This document shows, in pieces, positions 50,252 to 58,561 of a stretch of DNA of 64,000 nucleotides. The position numbers and the translations under genes were made by a program. The DNA is from Verrucomicrobia bacterium Ga0077533 (GTDB taxonomy: Bacteria; Verrucomicrobiota; Verrucomicrobiia; Opitutales; Opitutaceae), in contig LNEH01000121.1 in assembly GCA_001464505.1 (NCBI GenBank), positions 8,886-72,885 on the forward strand, read 5' to 3'. The notes under the pieces were generated by a model that was not told the DNA's origin, did no database searches, and saw only the letters and a list, made by a program, of their open reading frames with translations. Position 1 is the first letter of the stretch. Each line of letters begins with the position of its first letter.

Positions 50252-51175
50252 TTAGCTTGAGCGCTTGGCCATGTTCTCGACCAGCGTGGTGAGGAACGGA
50301 GCGCCACCGGGCAGACGGGCGAGGGTGGACTTGGCGGCGTCGGACTGCTCCCGGGCGTGTCGGCGCGAGGCGTCGAGGCCGTGGAGCTTCACGTAGGTGG
50401 TCTTGCCGGCCTTGGCGTCCTTGCCGGCGGTCTTGCCGAGTGTCGCCGTGTCGGCGGTGGCGTCGAGGATGTCGTCCACGATCTGGAACGCCAGGCCAAG
50501 GTGCCGGCCGGCATCGCGCAGGGTGGCGAGCTGAACCTCGGTCGCCCCGCTACAGAGTCCGCCGGTGACGAGCGAGGCGCTGAGCATGGCGGCGGTCTTG
50601 TTGAGGTGGATGAACTCGAGTTCGGCCGCAGTGGCGTCGGCCTTACGCTCGGCGAGCAGGTCCTCCATCTGGCCGCCGATGAGCCGTTCGCTGCCGGCGG
50701 CGTCGGCGATCTCGCGGGTGAGCGCGGTGCAGAGGGCGGGCGAACCGGCGTAGTGCCGGCCGATGAGCTGGAAGGCGAGGGTGAGCAGCGCGTCGCCGGC
50801 GAGCAGCGCGGTGGCCTCGTCGAACTGCTTGTGCGCCGTGGCCCGGCCGCGGCGGAGGTCGTCGTTGTCCATGCACGGCAGATCGTCGTGGATGAGAGAG
50901 TAGGTGTGCAGGCACTCCATGGCCACGGCGGCGGGCAAGGCATCAATTGCCCGCCCTGAGCCTGTCGAATGGGCGGGGAGGGCGTCGGCTTTGCCGCCGA
51001 GAAGATCGGCGGCGGCGAGCACGAGAACCGGGCGGAGGCGCTTGCCGCCGGCTGCCAAACTGTAGCGCATGGCCGCGTGGAGGCGCGGGGGGCGGGTGGT
51101 GGCGGATGGCACCAAGGCGTCGAGGCCGTGCTCAATCCGCTCACGATAGGCGTGCAACTGGGCGGTGAATTCCAT
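50252..51175 (-). CDS. ispA: Polyprenyl (farnesyl) diphosphate synthase with an in-frame insert
   Basis: GGKRLRP, HDDLPCMDNDDLRRG, FQIVDDILD, GKTAGKD. Confidence 0.95.
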   Translation of the reverse strand: MEFTAQLHAYRERIEHGLDALVPSATTRPPRLHAAMRYSLAAGGKRLRPVLVLAAADLLGGKADALPAHSTGSGRAIDALPAAVAMECLHTYSLIHDDLPCMDNDDLRRGRATAHKQFDEATALLAGDALLTLAFQLIGRHYAGSPALCTALTREIADAAGSERLIGGQMEDLLAERKADATAAELEFIHLNKTAAMLSASLVTGGLCSGATEVQLATLRDAGRHLGLAFQIVDDILDATADTATLGKTAGKDAKAGKTTYVKLHGLDASRRHAREQSDAAKSTLARLPGGAPFLTTLVENMAKRSS

Positions 51176-51230
51176 GGGGGAACGGATTGACCTCAACGCG
51201 CTATGTGCCTTGGGGTCAAGCCGCTCCACC
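51176..51230. repeat. Degenerate family G doublet, intergenic
   Basis: GGAACGGATTGACCTCAACGCG...TTGGGGTCAAGCCGCTCCACC. Confidence 0.7.
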
Positions 51231-51310
51231 AAGTATTTGGCGCCGGAACGGGGCAAGAACAGTCTCGCCAAGCCTCGGGAGCCGAGGCATATCTTGCCGC
51301 ACTTTTCCGA

Positions 51311-51571
51311 ATGCCCACCTACGAATACCTCTGCGCCAAATGCGGTCACGAAATGGAAGCCTTCCAGTCGATGAACGACGCGGCGTTAAGGCAGTGCCCG
51401 GCCTGCAAAAAATCCACCCTCAAGCGCCAGGTCGGCGGTGGCGCAGGATTGATTTTCAAGGGCTCCGGCTTCTATATCACGGACTACAAAAAGAAGTCCG
51501 GCACGCCCGACGCCAAACCCGCTTCCAAGTCCCCCGAAACCAAGCCCGCGGTCGCCACGGCCGCCAAATAA
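51311..51571 (+). CDS. FmdB-family zinc-ribbon protein
   Basis: MPTYEYLCAKCGH...CPAC...FKGSGFYITDY. Confidence 0.92.
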   Translation: MPTYEYLCAKCGHEMEAFQSMNDAALRQCPACKKSTLKRQVGGGAGLIFKGSGFYITDYKKKSGTPDAKPASKSPETKPAVATAAK

Positions 51572-51583
51572 ACCCCTCCGCCC

Positions 51584-52309
51584 ATGGCTGACAAAAAACT
51601 CGAAAAAGCCCTCTACGGTCCGAGCATGACGGAAGTCGCCCTCGGGGCGGTGCTCGGCCTTATCGCCGGCGTGCTGGTCGCCTGCGTTTACCTCGTGTTC
51701 AAACCGGTGGCGCAGGTGAAGGAGATGCCCGCCGAGGACAAGATCGTGAAAAGCATGGTCTATTTCATCCCGGGCAATGAGAGCACGGCCAAGAGCCGCG
51801 GCTGGCAGGCCAAACAAAAACAGATTCTCGCCGGCAATGCGCTCAGCCTCTCGCTGGTCGAGGACGAACTCAATGCGTGGGCCAACACCCTGGCCGGCCC
51901 CGCGCCGACGACTCCGGCCCCCAAACCGGGCGCAAAACCAGGGGCCAAACCGGAAGAAGCCCCCAAGCCCGCCGACGACGGTATTTTCAATCCCGGCAAA
52001 CCCAATTTTCGCATCGTGGGGGACAAACTGCAGATCGGAGGCAAGTGCCTGCTCAATTGGTATGGCCTGACCTACGAGGTGACCTATCTGACCACCGGCA
52101 CCTTCACCAAGTCGGGTGACTCGGTCGGTTTTTCGGCCGACAAGGTTTATCTCGGCTCCTGTCCCTTTCATCTGCTGCCCGCCGTCTCCGGACCGCTCGT
52201 GTCCCACCTGATTGCCCGGATGAAGGTGCCCGATGAAATCCGCGCCGGTTGGGCGAAGCTCGACAGCGTGACCATCGAGGGTGGCGCGCTGAAACTCGTC
52301 GCGCAGTGA
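51584..52309 (+). CDS. Hypothetical membrane-anchored protein
   Basis: 241 aa, single N-terminal TM, Pro/Lys linker. Confidence 0.7.
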   Translation: MADKKLEKALYGPSMTEVALGAVLGLIAGVLVACVYLVFKPVAQVKEMPAEDKIVKSMVYFIPGNESTAKSRGWQAKQKQILAGNALSLSLVEDELNAWANTLAGPAPTTPAPKPGAKPGAKPEEAPKPADDGIFNPGKPNFRIVGDKLQIGGKCLLNWYGLTYEVTYLTTGTFTKSGDSVGFSADKVYLGSCPFHLLPAVSGPLVSHLIARMKVPDEIRAGWAKLDSVTIEGGALKLVAQ

Positions 52310-52337
52310 TTCTCGCGGCCCCGTCCCCGCCGCGGCC

Positions 52338-53984
52338 GTGTCGCAGAACCTGAAAAACATCAGCGTGGTCGCCACGGCGACCGTGCTGTCGCGTCTGCTC
52401 GGGCTGGTGCGGGAGATATTCATCGCCGCGGTGTTCGGCACCAGCGCGCTCAGCTCGGCCTTTGTGTCGGCCTTCACGCTGCCGAATCTTTTCCGGCGGC
52501 TGCTCGGCGAGGGGGCGCTGACCGCCGCCTTGGTCCCCACGCTGGCCCACGAACTGGAACACCGGCAGCGGGCCGCCGCCTTTGCCCTCCTCAGCAAGGT
52601 GGCCAGCTGGCTGCTGGTGGTCACGACCGGGCTCGTCGCCGTGGCGCTGCTGGTGATGCTCAACGCCGGACCGCTGTTGCGCGCGACGGACGGCCTGGGC
52701 ATGGATGCCGCCACGGTGGGGCGTTTGCTGCTCGGAGCGGAGCTGGCGGTCATTTTGTTTCCCTACATGGTGTTTGTGTGTCTGGCGGCGGCGTTCAGCG
52801 CGGCGTGCCAGGTGCTGGGGCGTTTCACCGAGCCGGCCCTGTCCCCGGTCTGGCTGAACCTTGCCGTCCTCGGCGCACTCGGGCTCGGCGGGTGGTGGGC
52901 GTGGGGCGACAATGCGCGCATGCAGCTGCTGTGCGGCGGGGTGTTGGTGGGCGGTTTCCTGCAGATGGCCGTGCCGGCCGGCGTGCTGTGGACCGAGGGC
53001 TGGCGGCCGCGCCTGGACCTGCAGGCCGACGACCGTCTGCGCGAGATCGTCGGCTTGATGGCGCCGACCATCATCGGCTCGGCCATCTATCTCATCAACA
53101 TTTCCGTTTCCCGATTCATCGGACTCTCGCTCAATGACAGCGCCGCGCAGGTGCTGAACCTCGCCACCCGCGTCATGGAGCTGCCCATCGGGGTGTTTGC
53201 CGCGGCCATCGCCACGGTGGTCTTTCCGCTCATCGCCCGGCACGCCGCGAAACAGGACTGGCCGGCGCTGGCGAATGACTACCACAAGGGGCTCCGGTTG
53301 GTGCTGATCGTCAATGTGCCGGCGGCGGTGGGTCTGGCGCTGCTGAGCGAGCCGATCACGCGGCTGCTGTTCCAGCGCGGGGCTTTCACGGCGGCCGACA
53401 CCGCGCAGATGACGCCCATCCTCGCGGTTTACGCGCTCGGTCTGCCCTTCCTGTCGTTCACCACGGTGGCGCTGCGGGGGTTTTATGCCTTGAAGGACAC
53501 CGCCACGCCGGTGCGGGCGGCCGGTTTGAGCTTTGTCGTCAATCTGGGGTTGAGCCTCGTCCTGATGAACTGGCTTTCCACCCTCGGCCTCGCGTTGGCC
53601 GGCAACCTGGCGGTGTTGGCGCAGGCGTGGTTCCTGCAGACGCGACTGAGACGGAAGATGGCCGGACTGAGCTTCGCGCCGCTGCTGCCCAATCTGGGCA
53701 AGATCACGGTCGCGAGCGCGCTGATGGGCTTCGTGGTGTGGGGCGGGGCGAAACTGGCCGCGTTAGCACCGCTGACCGGCAAGGCGCAGGATCTCATCGT
53801 CGTGGCCGGACTGATCCCGGCCGCCTGCGCCGTTTACGGCGGGTTGTTGTGGGTGCTGAAGATCGAGGGACGCGAGGAAATCAGCGCGTTGTGGGCGAAA
53901 GATGGAATCAGGGGTGCAAGTGATCCACCATGCCGCCGCGCATCGTTACGAGGCGGTGGTGGATGGCCACCTGTCGGTCTGTGA
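52338..53984 (+). CDS. murJ: Lipid II flippase MurJ
   Basis: SRLLGLVRE, PNLFRRLLGEGAL, ELPIGVF, FYALKDTATP; C terminus overlaps the next gene. Confidence 0.94.
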   Translation: MSQNLKNISVVATATVLSRLLGLVREIFIAAVFGTSALSSAFVSAFTLPNLFRRLLGEGALTAALVPTLAHELEHRQRAAAFALLSKVASWLLVVTTGLVAVALLVMLNAGPLLRATDGLGMDAATVGRLLLGAELAVILFPYMVFVCLAAAFSAACQVLGRFTEPALSPVWLNLAVLGALGLGGWWAWGDNARMQLLCGGVLVGGFLQMAVPAGVLWTEGWRPRLDLQADDRLREIVGLMAPTIIGSAIYLINISVSRFIGLSLNDSAAQVLNLATRVMELPIGVFAAAIATVVFPLIARHAAKQDWPALANDYHKGLRLVLIVNVPAAVGLALLSEPITRLLFQRGAFTAADTAQMTPILAVYALGLPFLSFTTVALRGFYALKDTATPVRAAGLSFVVNLGLSLVLMNWLSTLGLALAGNLAVLAQAWFLQTRLRRKMAGLSFAPLLPNLGKITVASALMGFVVWGGAKLAALAPLTGKAQDLIVVAGLIPAACAVYGGLLWVLKIEGREEISALWAKDGIRGASDPPCRRASLRGGGGWPPVGL

Positions 53985-54183
53985 ATACGAGCTGGCGGAC
54001 GGGCGGATGATTTTCACCCACACGGTTGTGCCGCCGGAACTGCGCGGCCGGGGTATCGCTGAAAAACTTGTGCGGGCGGCGCTGACGGAGGCGCGTGCGG
54101 CCGGGCGGAAAGTGGTGCCGCAGTGCTCCTATGTCGCCAAGTTCATCGAGCGGAATAAGGAATTCGTGGCCTTGCTGGGGTGA
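53902..54183 (+). CDS. Small GNAT acetyltransferase (YjdJ-like)
   Basis: FTHTVVPPELRGRGIA, VPQCSYV. Confidence 0.9.
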   Translation: MESGVQVIHHAAAHRYEAVVDGHLSVCEYELADGRMIFTHTVVPPELRGRGIAEKLVRAALTEARAAGRKVVPQCSYVAKFIERNKEFVALLG

Positions 54184-54196
54184 TCGGGTGGCTTTT

Positions 54197-54282
54197 TGAC
54201 CACGGATTCACGGATCGGGACGGATGTTTCTCACGCCGGACGTGAGTATGATCCGTATCCATCCGGGATATCTGTGGTGAAA
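54197..54282. repeat. Imperfect inverted repeat of ACGGAT-containing units
   Basis: ACCACGGATTCACGGATCGGGACGGAT...ATCCGTATCCATCCGGGATATCTGTGGT. Confidence 0.7.
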
Positions 54283-54349
54283 AACAGCTTCGCCCGTCGC
54301 CAGATGCTGTCGCGTTCATGGCCTACCAATAAAAAACCCGCAGCGGGTG

Positions 54350-54580
54350 TCAGACCTTCTGGACGAGGCCGGCCTTGATGGCCTTGACCGACACCCACAT
54401 GCGCTTGGTGCCGCCGTTGGGCAGCTTGATCTTGATCCACTGCAGGTTCGGGCGGAACAAGCGGGTCGTCGTGCTGGTGACGTGCGTGCCGATGCCGCCG
54501 CTCTTCTTGGACTGACCCTTGCGGTTGATGATCTTGCCCTTGGTGGGGCGTTTGCCAGTGATAGCGCAAATTCGTGCCAT
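54350..54580 (-). CDS. rpmB: 50S ribosomal protein L28
   Basis: MARICAITGK...TRLFRPNLQ. Confidence 0.93.
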   Translation of the reverse strand: MARICAITGKRPTKGKIINRKGQSKKSGGIGTHVTSTTTRLFRPNLQWIKIKLPNGGTKRMWVSVKAIKAGLVQKV

Positions 54581-54664
54581 GGTGTTTGTTGAGTTAAAGG
54601 GTCAGGAGTAAAGGTCGGCTCTTCGCCTTAGCAAGGGAATTTTGGGAAACTGTGCCCCAGCGCC

Positions 54665-55651
54665 TCACTTGCGCAAAGCATGGAGGGCCTGAAACTTCTG
54701 CCCCATGTTGGCGGGATGGAGCAATTGCATGACCATTCTCTTTCGCCGGCTGAAACTGCCGGCTTCAGCCTTCGTGATGGCCGCCAGCGCTTCAGCGGCT
54801 TGGTTCATGAAGAAGCTCTCCTGGGAGTCGACCCTGGCTTCGCCAAAGCCGGCGCGGGCCAGTCCGTCCTCGAGCCAGTCCCAGCAAATATGGCCGGTGA
54901 TGTCCTGTTTGCCGGGGCGGTTGAGCAGATCGTTGCCCATTTTCTGGCGATGATAGGTGCGGATGGTGCCGGCCGGGGTGTGCTCGGCGAGCTCCGCCCA
55001 GGTTTTGCCGTAGTCGAAGGCCAGGAACAGGCCGGACCACCGAGGCCCGACCATGCGCTCCAAAATCGGCACCGTCCGGATCGGCAGGTCGATGTGATAG
55101 TTTTCCCCGGCGGTTTTGGGCAACCTCTCCGCGCAGGCCGCCAGTTCCGTTGAGAAATTCGGCATTTCCACCTCGCGCAGGTGCCGGCCGTGCAGGGCCA
55201 CGCCGAGTTCGCGCCAGCGGCCTTCCCGCCAGACCACCCGGGTAAAGGGCTGGGCATCGAACAGTTCGTTGGAGAACACCACGCTTCGCGCCGGGAAAAC
55301 GAAAGGCTGACCGAAGGAGATGGTCTGGTAGCGGGCAAAAGGGTGGGGCACATCCCGGAGGATGCCCGCGCCCGGTTCGGCGGCGACCTCGACAAACGTG
55401 AAATCAGCAGGCCGGGCGGGTGCGAGCAACTTGGTCGCCGCCGCGACAACCAGCTCACCGAACACCGGACTGAACGTCGTGGCCGTGAAAAAATCCGCCT
55501 TCTCATCCCGGCCGACGCGCTTGAAGTCCCGCGTGTAATACCCCGCCGTCGGGTGATACATCGCCAGTTCCATGTAGCGCGCAAACGGCACCCCGGTGGT
55601 GGCGTTCGGCTCAGTGGCGAAGATATCAAAAAAGTCGGACGAGGAAGCCAT
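54665..55651 (-). CDS. MidA/NDUFAF7-family SAM-dependent methyltransferase
   Basis: FARYMELAMYHP…GYY, DFFTA, FSNELFDA, FDYG, QDITGH. Confidence 0.88.
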   Translation of the reverse strand: MASSSDFFDIFATEPNATTGVPFARYMELAMYHPTAGYYTRDFKRVGRDEKADFFTATTFSPVFGELVVAAATKLLAPARPADFTFVEVAAEPGAGILRDVPHPFARYQTISFGQPFVFPARSVVFSNELFDAQPFTRVVWREGRWRELGVALHGRHLREVEMPNFSTELAACAERLPKTAGENYHIDLPIRTVPILERMVGPRWSGLFLAFDYGKTWAELAEHTPAGTIRTYHRQKMGNDLLNRPGKQDITGHICWDWLEDGLARAGFGEARVDSQESFFMNQAAEALAAITKAEAGSFSRRKRMVMQLLHPANMGQKFQALHALRK

Positions 55652-55685
55652 TTGCCAACTCAACCATTTGTGGCCACCTAAAGTC

Positions 55686-56951
55686 ATGCTTAAACGCTTT
55701 CTGCTCATCGTTGCCGCCGTCGCGATTGGCTTCGGGCTCGCCCAGTTCGCGGCCCGCAGCGGCGCGCCGGGCTGGTGGCCGGATCGCGAACGGGACCGCA
55801 ACGTGAAGTATTTCCGCGAAGTGCTGCAACTGGTGAAGGAGAATTACGTGGGCGACGCTCCGGCGGGCTACGACGATCTCACGCGCGCCGCGCTCGACGG
55901 TCTGCTCGGCCAGCTTGATCCCCATTCCCAGTTCCTGCGCGCCGACGACTACAAGCAAACCGAGGAGGAAATGACCAACGCCTTTGGCGGAGTCGGCATC
56001 CAGGTGGAGCTGCGGGATAACCAGATTGTGATCATCACGCCCATTGCCGGCACGCCGGCCGAGCGGGCCGGCCTCCGCCGGGGTGACCGGCTGGTGAAAA
56101 TCGACGGCAAGCCCCTCGAGCACCCCACCATCGAGAAGACGGTGAAACTGGTGCGCGGCGAGCCGGACACCACGGTGGCGGTCACAATTTTCCGGCCCAG
56201 CTCGAAGCAGACCCTCGATTTTTCCCTCAAGCGGGCCCGCATCCGGCTGGAGAGCGTGCGCAACGCCACCCTGCGCCCCGACGGCATCGGTTACCTGCAG
56301 GTCACGCAATTCAGCGAACGCACGGGCAAGGAATTCCGGTCGGCGCTCGGCGGACTCGAAAAACAGGGCCTGCGCGGGCTCGTCATCGATCTGCGCAACA
56401 ACCCGGGCGGCCTGCTCGATGCGGCGATCGATGTGTGCAACGAATTTTTCGACCGGGGCGAGCTCATCGTTTACACCCAGGGCCGCGCGCCGGAATCGCG
56501 CGAAAACTTCAACGCCGACGGCAGTCATGGGCCACGGGCCTACCCGGTGGCTATTTTGGTCAACGGAGGGACGGCCAGCGCGGCCGAGATCGTGTCGGGA
56601 GCCATGCGTGATACCAAGCGGGCCGTCATCGTTGGCGAGAAGACCTTCGGCAAGGGTTCGGTGCAGTCCGTCATTGAGCTGCAGAACGGCGAGGGACTGC
56701 GGCTGACGACCGCGCGCTACTACACCCCCAGTGGCGTCACCATCCACGAGAAAGGCATCCTGCCCCAGATCGAAATCGAGCTCTCGGCCGACGATGAAGC
56801 CAAGTTGCGGCTGCAGCAGTCGCGGGTTGATCTCACCGCCACGGCGGAGTTCAATGAACGTTTCGGGTTCCAGCGCATTGAGGACACCCAGCTGAATGCG
56901 GCGATGGAAGTGCTCACGGGGGTGCTGGCGGCCAAGGCCGCTGCAAAATGA
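55686..56951 (+). CDS. S41 carboxy-terminal processing protease
   Basis: LDPHS, PDZ domain, DLRNNPGGLL, TASAAEI, TFGKGSVQ. Confidence 0.95.
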   Translation: MLKRFLLIVAAVAIGFGLAQFAARSGAPGWWPDRERDRNVKYFREVLQLVKENYVGDAPAGYDDLTRAALDGLLGQLDPHSQFLRADDYKQTEEEMTNAFGGVGIQVELRDNQIVIITPIAGTPAERAGLRRGDRLVKIDGKPLEHPTIEKTVKLVRGEPDTTVAVTIFRPSSKQTLDFSLKRARIRLESVRNATLRPDGIGYLQVTQFSERTGKEFRSALGGLEKQGLRGLVIDLRNNPGGLLDAAIDVCNEFFDRGELIVYTQGRAPESRENFNADGSHGPRAYPVAILVNGGTASAAEIVSGAMRDTKRAVIVGEKTFGKGSVQSVIELQNGEGLRLTTARYYTPSGVTIHEKGILPQIEIELSADDEAKLRLQQSRVDLTATAEFNERFGFQRIEDTQLNAAMEVLTGVLAAKAAAK

Positions 56952-56972
56952 ATGATGCGATCTCCATTCGTC

Positions 56973-57199
56973 TGTGGGAGCGAGCTTGCTCGCGACATCT
57001 GCACTCTGTGTCGCGAGCAAGCTTGCTCCCACAAAATCACCCTTTCTGTCATTCTGAGACTAGACAGCAAGCCGCAGGGCTTACGTGGAACTCGCCCATG
57101 AACTTTCCAAAGCAGTGTCATTCTGAGCGGAGCGAAGAATCCAGAATGATGAGCGCCGGCGGTTGTGCTGCTGGATTCTTCACTGTGTTCAGAATGACA
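56973..57199. repeat. Repeat cluster: family C doublet (56973-57033), family A fragment (57047-57058), family A element (57116-57199)
   Basis: Direct homology to the other copies in this window. Confidence 0.88.
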
Positions 57200-57225
57200 C
57201 GCATCGTTTGTCTGGATTTGGCTGC

Positions 57226-58324
57226 ATGATCCTCGCCTTGGAAAGTTCCTGCGATGAGACGGCGGTGGCCGCCTTCGACCCGGCGCACGGCCTGGTTGGC
57301 GAGTGGGTGCATAGCCAGATCGCCTTGCACGAGGCCTACGGCGGGGTCGTGCCCGACCTTGCCAGCCGCGAACACCTGGCCAATTTCGGCCCGTTGCTTG
57401 CCCGGGCGCTGGCCGCGGTGCCCGCGGATAAATTCTCGAAGATCGCCGTGACCAACGGGCCGGGGCTGGCCGCTTGTCTGGCCATTGGCTTGGAGCGTGC
57501 CCGTGGCCGGGGTCAACCACCTGCGGGCCCACGCTTTTTCGCCCTTCATCGCCCTTCATGCCGCCAACCCGGCGGCCTTCGACGCGGCGTTTGCCAAGTT
57601 GCTGCCGCATCTCGGCCTGCTCGTCTCGGGCGGCAACACGGCGCTGTTCAGCATCGACGAGTCGCGGCGCATCCGGCTGCTCGCCACGACGATGGACGAT
57701 GCGGCGGGCGAGGCGCTCGACAAGGGGGCCAAGCTGCTCGGGCTGGGCTACCCCGGCGGACCGCAGGTGGAGAAACTGGCGGCAACCGGCAATGCGGCGG
57801 CCTTTGAATTTCCCAAGGCTGTCGCCCAGCGCTCGTCACTTGAGTTCAGTTTTTCCGGGCTGAAGACCAGCCTGCGTTACCAGTTGGAGAAAATGCCGCC
57901 GGTCGAGATCGAACGCCGCAAGGCCGACCTGTGCGCCAGCTACCAGGCGGCGGTGTTCAATGCCTTGGTGCGCAAGTCCAAGCTGGCGCTGGAGCGGGGT
58001 TTCGCAGGGCGGGGTCGCCTGACCCCGCCGTCCGAAAAGGCGGGATCAGCGATCCCGCCCTACAGTGCTGAGCCGATGGAAGTGAGCGCCTACCGCAGCT
58101 TCGGGCTGTCCGGCGGCGTGGCGAACAACAAGACTTTGCAGGCCGAGTTGGCGAAGGTTGCGCAGGCGCAAAACATCCCGTTCTACCGCGCCCAACCCCA
58201 GCACACCGGCGACAACGCCGGGATGATCGCGTTCGCGGCTTGGGCTGAGCGCGAGCCGGGTGGAATCAGCGAGGCCGGTCTCGGATTGCAGATCGCGCCG
58301 AGCCTGGCGCTGGCGGCAGGGTAG
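57226..58324 (+). CDS. tsaD: t6A synthase TsaD; frameshift near 57490; in-frame family F insert
   Basis: LESSCDET...GPGL in one frame; VNHLRAH, VSGG, DDAAGEALDK, SFSGLKT, DNAGMIA in another. Confidence 0.9.
58004..58064. repeat. Family F doublet, in frame in tsaD
   Basis: GCAGGGCGGGGTCGCCTGACCCCGCC...GGCGGGATCAGCGATCCCGCCCTACA encodes AGRGRLTPPSEKAGSAIPPY. Confidence 0.88.
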
Positions 58325-58330
58325 GATTGC

Positions 58331-58527
58331 TGGAGGGCGCGCGTCCCTGCGCGCCGCGAAGGTCAACTGCGGCCCGCAGGGGCGCGGACACTCCACTAAA
58401 TGCAGGTTGGGCGCTCGCCGCAACGTGGCGTGCATCGGCCGTCGCCAAGCCTATGGCCCGACAAGAGCACGCCACCTACAGGTTCAGCAGTTCCGCCGTC
58501 GCTCCTGCGGAGCTATGGCGAGACAAG
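58331..58527. repeat. Repeat cluster: GGAG doublet (58331-58395), family K with nested D (58401-58480), 36-bp D variant (58492-58527)
   Basis: Homology to 45228-45291, 2760-2807, 5879-5908 and 60276-60311. Confidence 0.8.
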
Positions 58528-58561
58528 TGAGCTACAGTGGCGGCTTCGAAGAACCGGGTTC

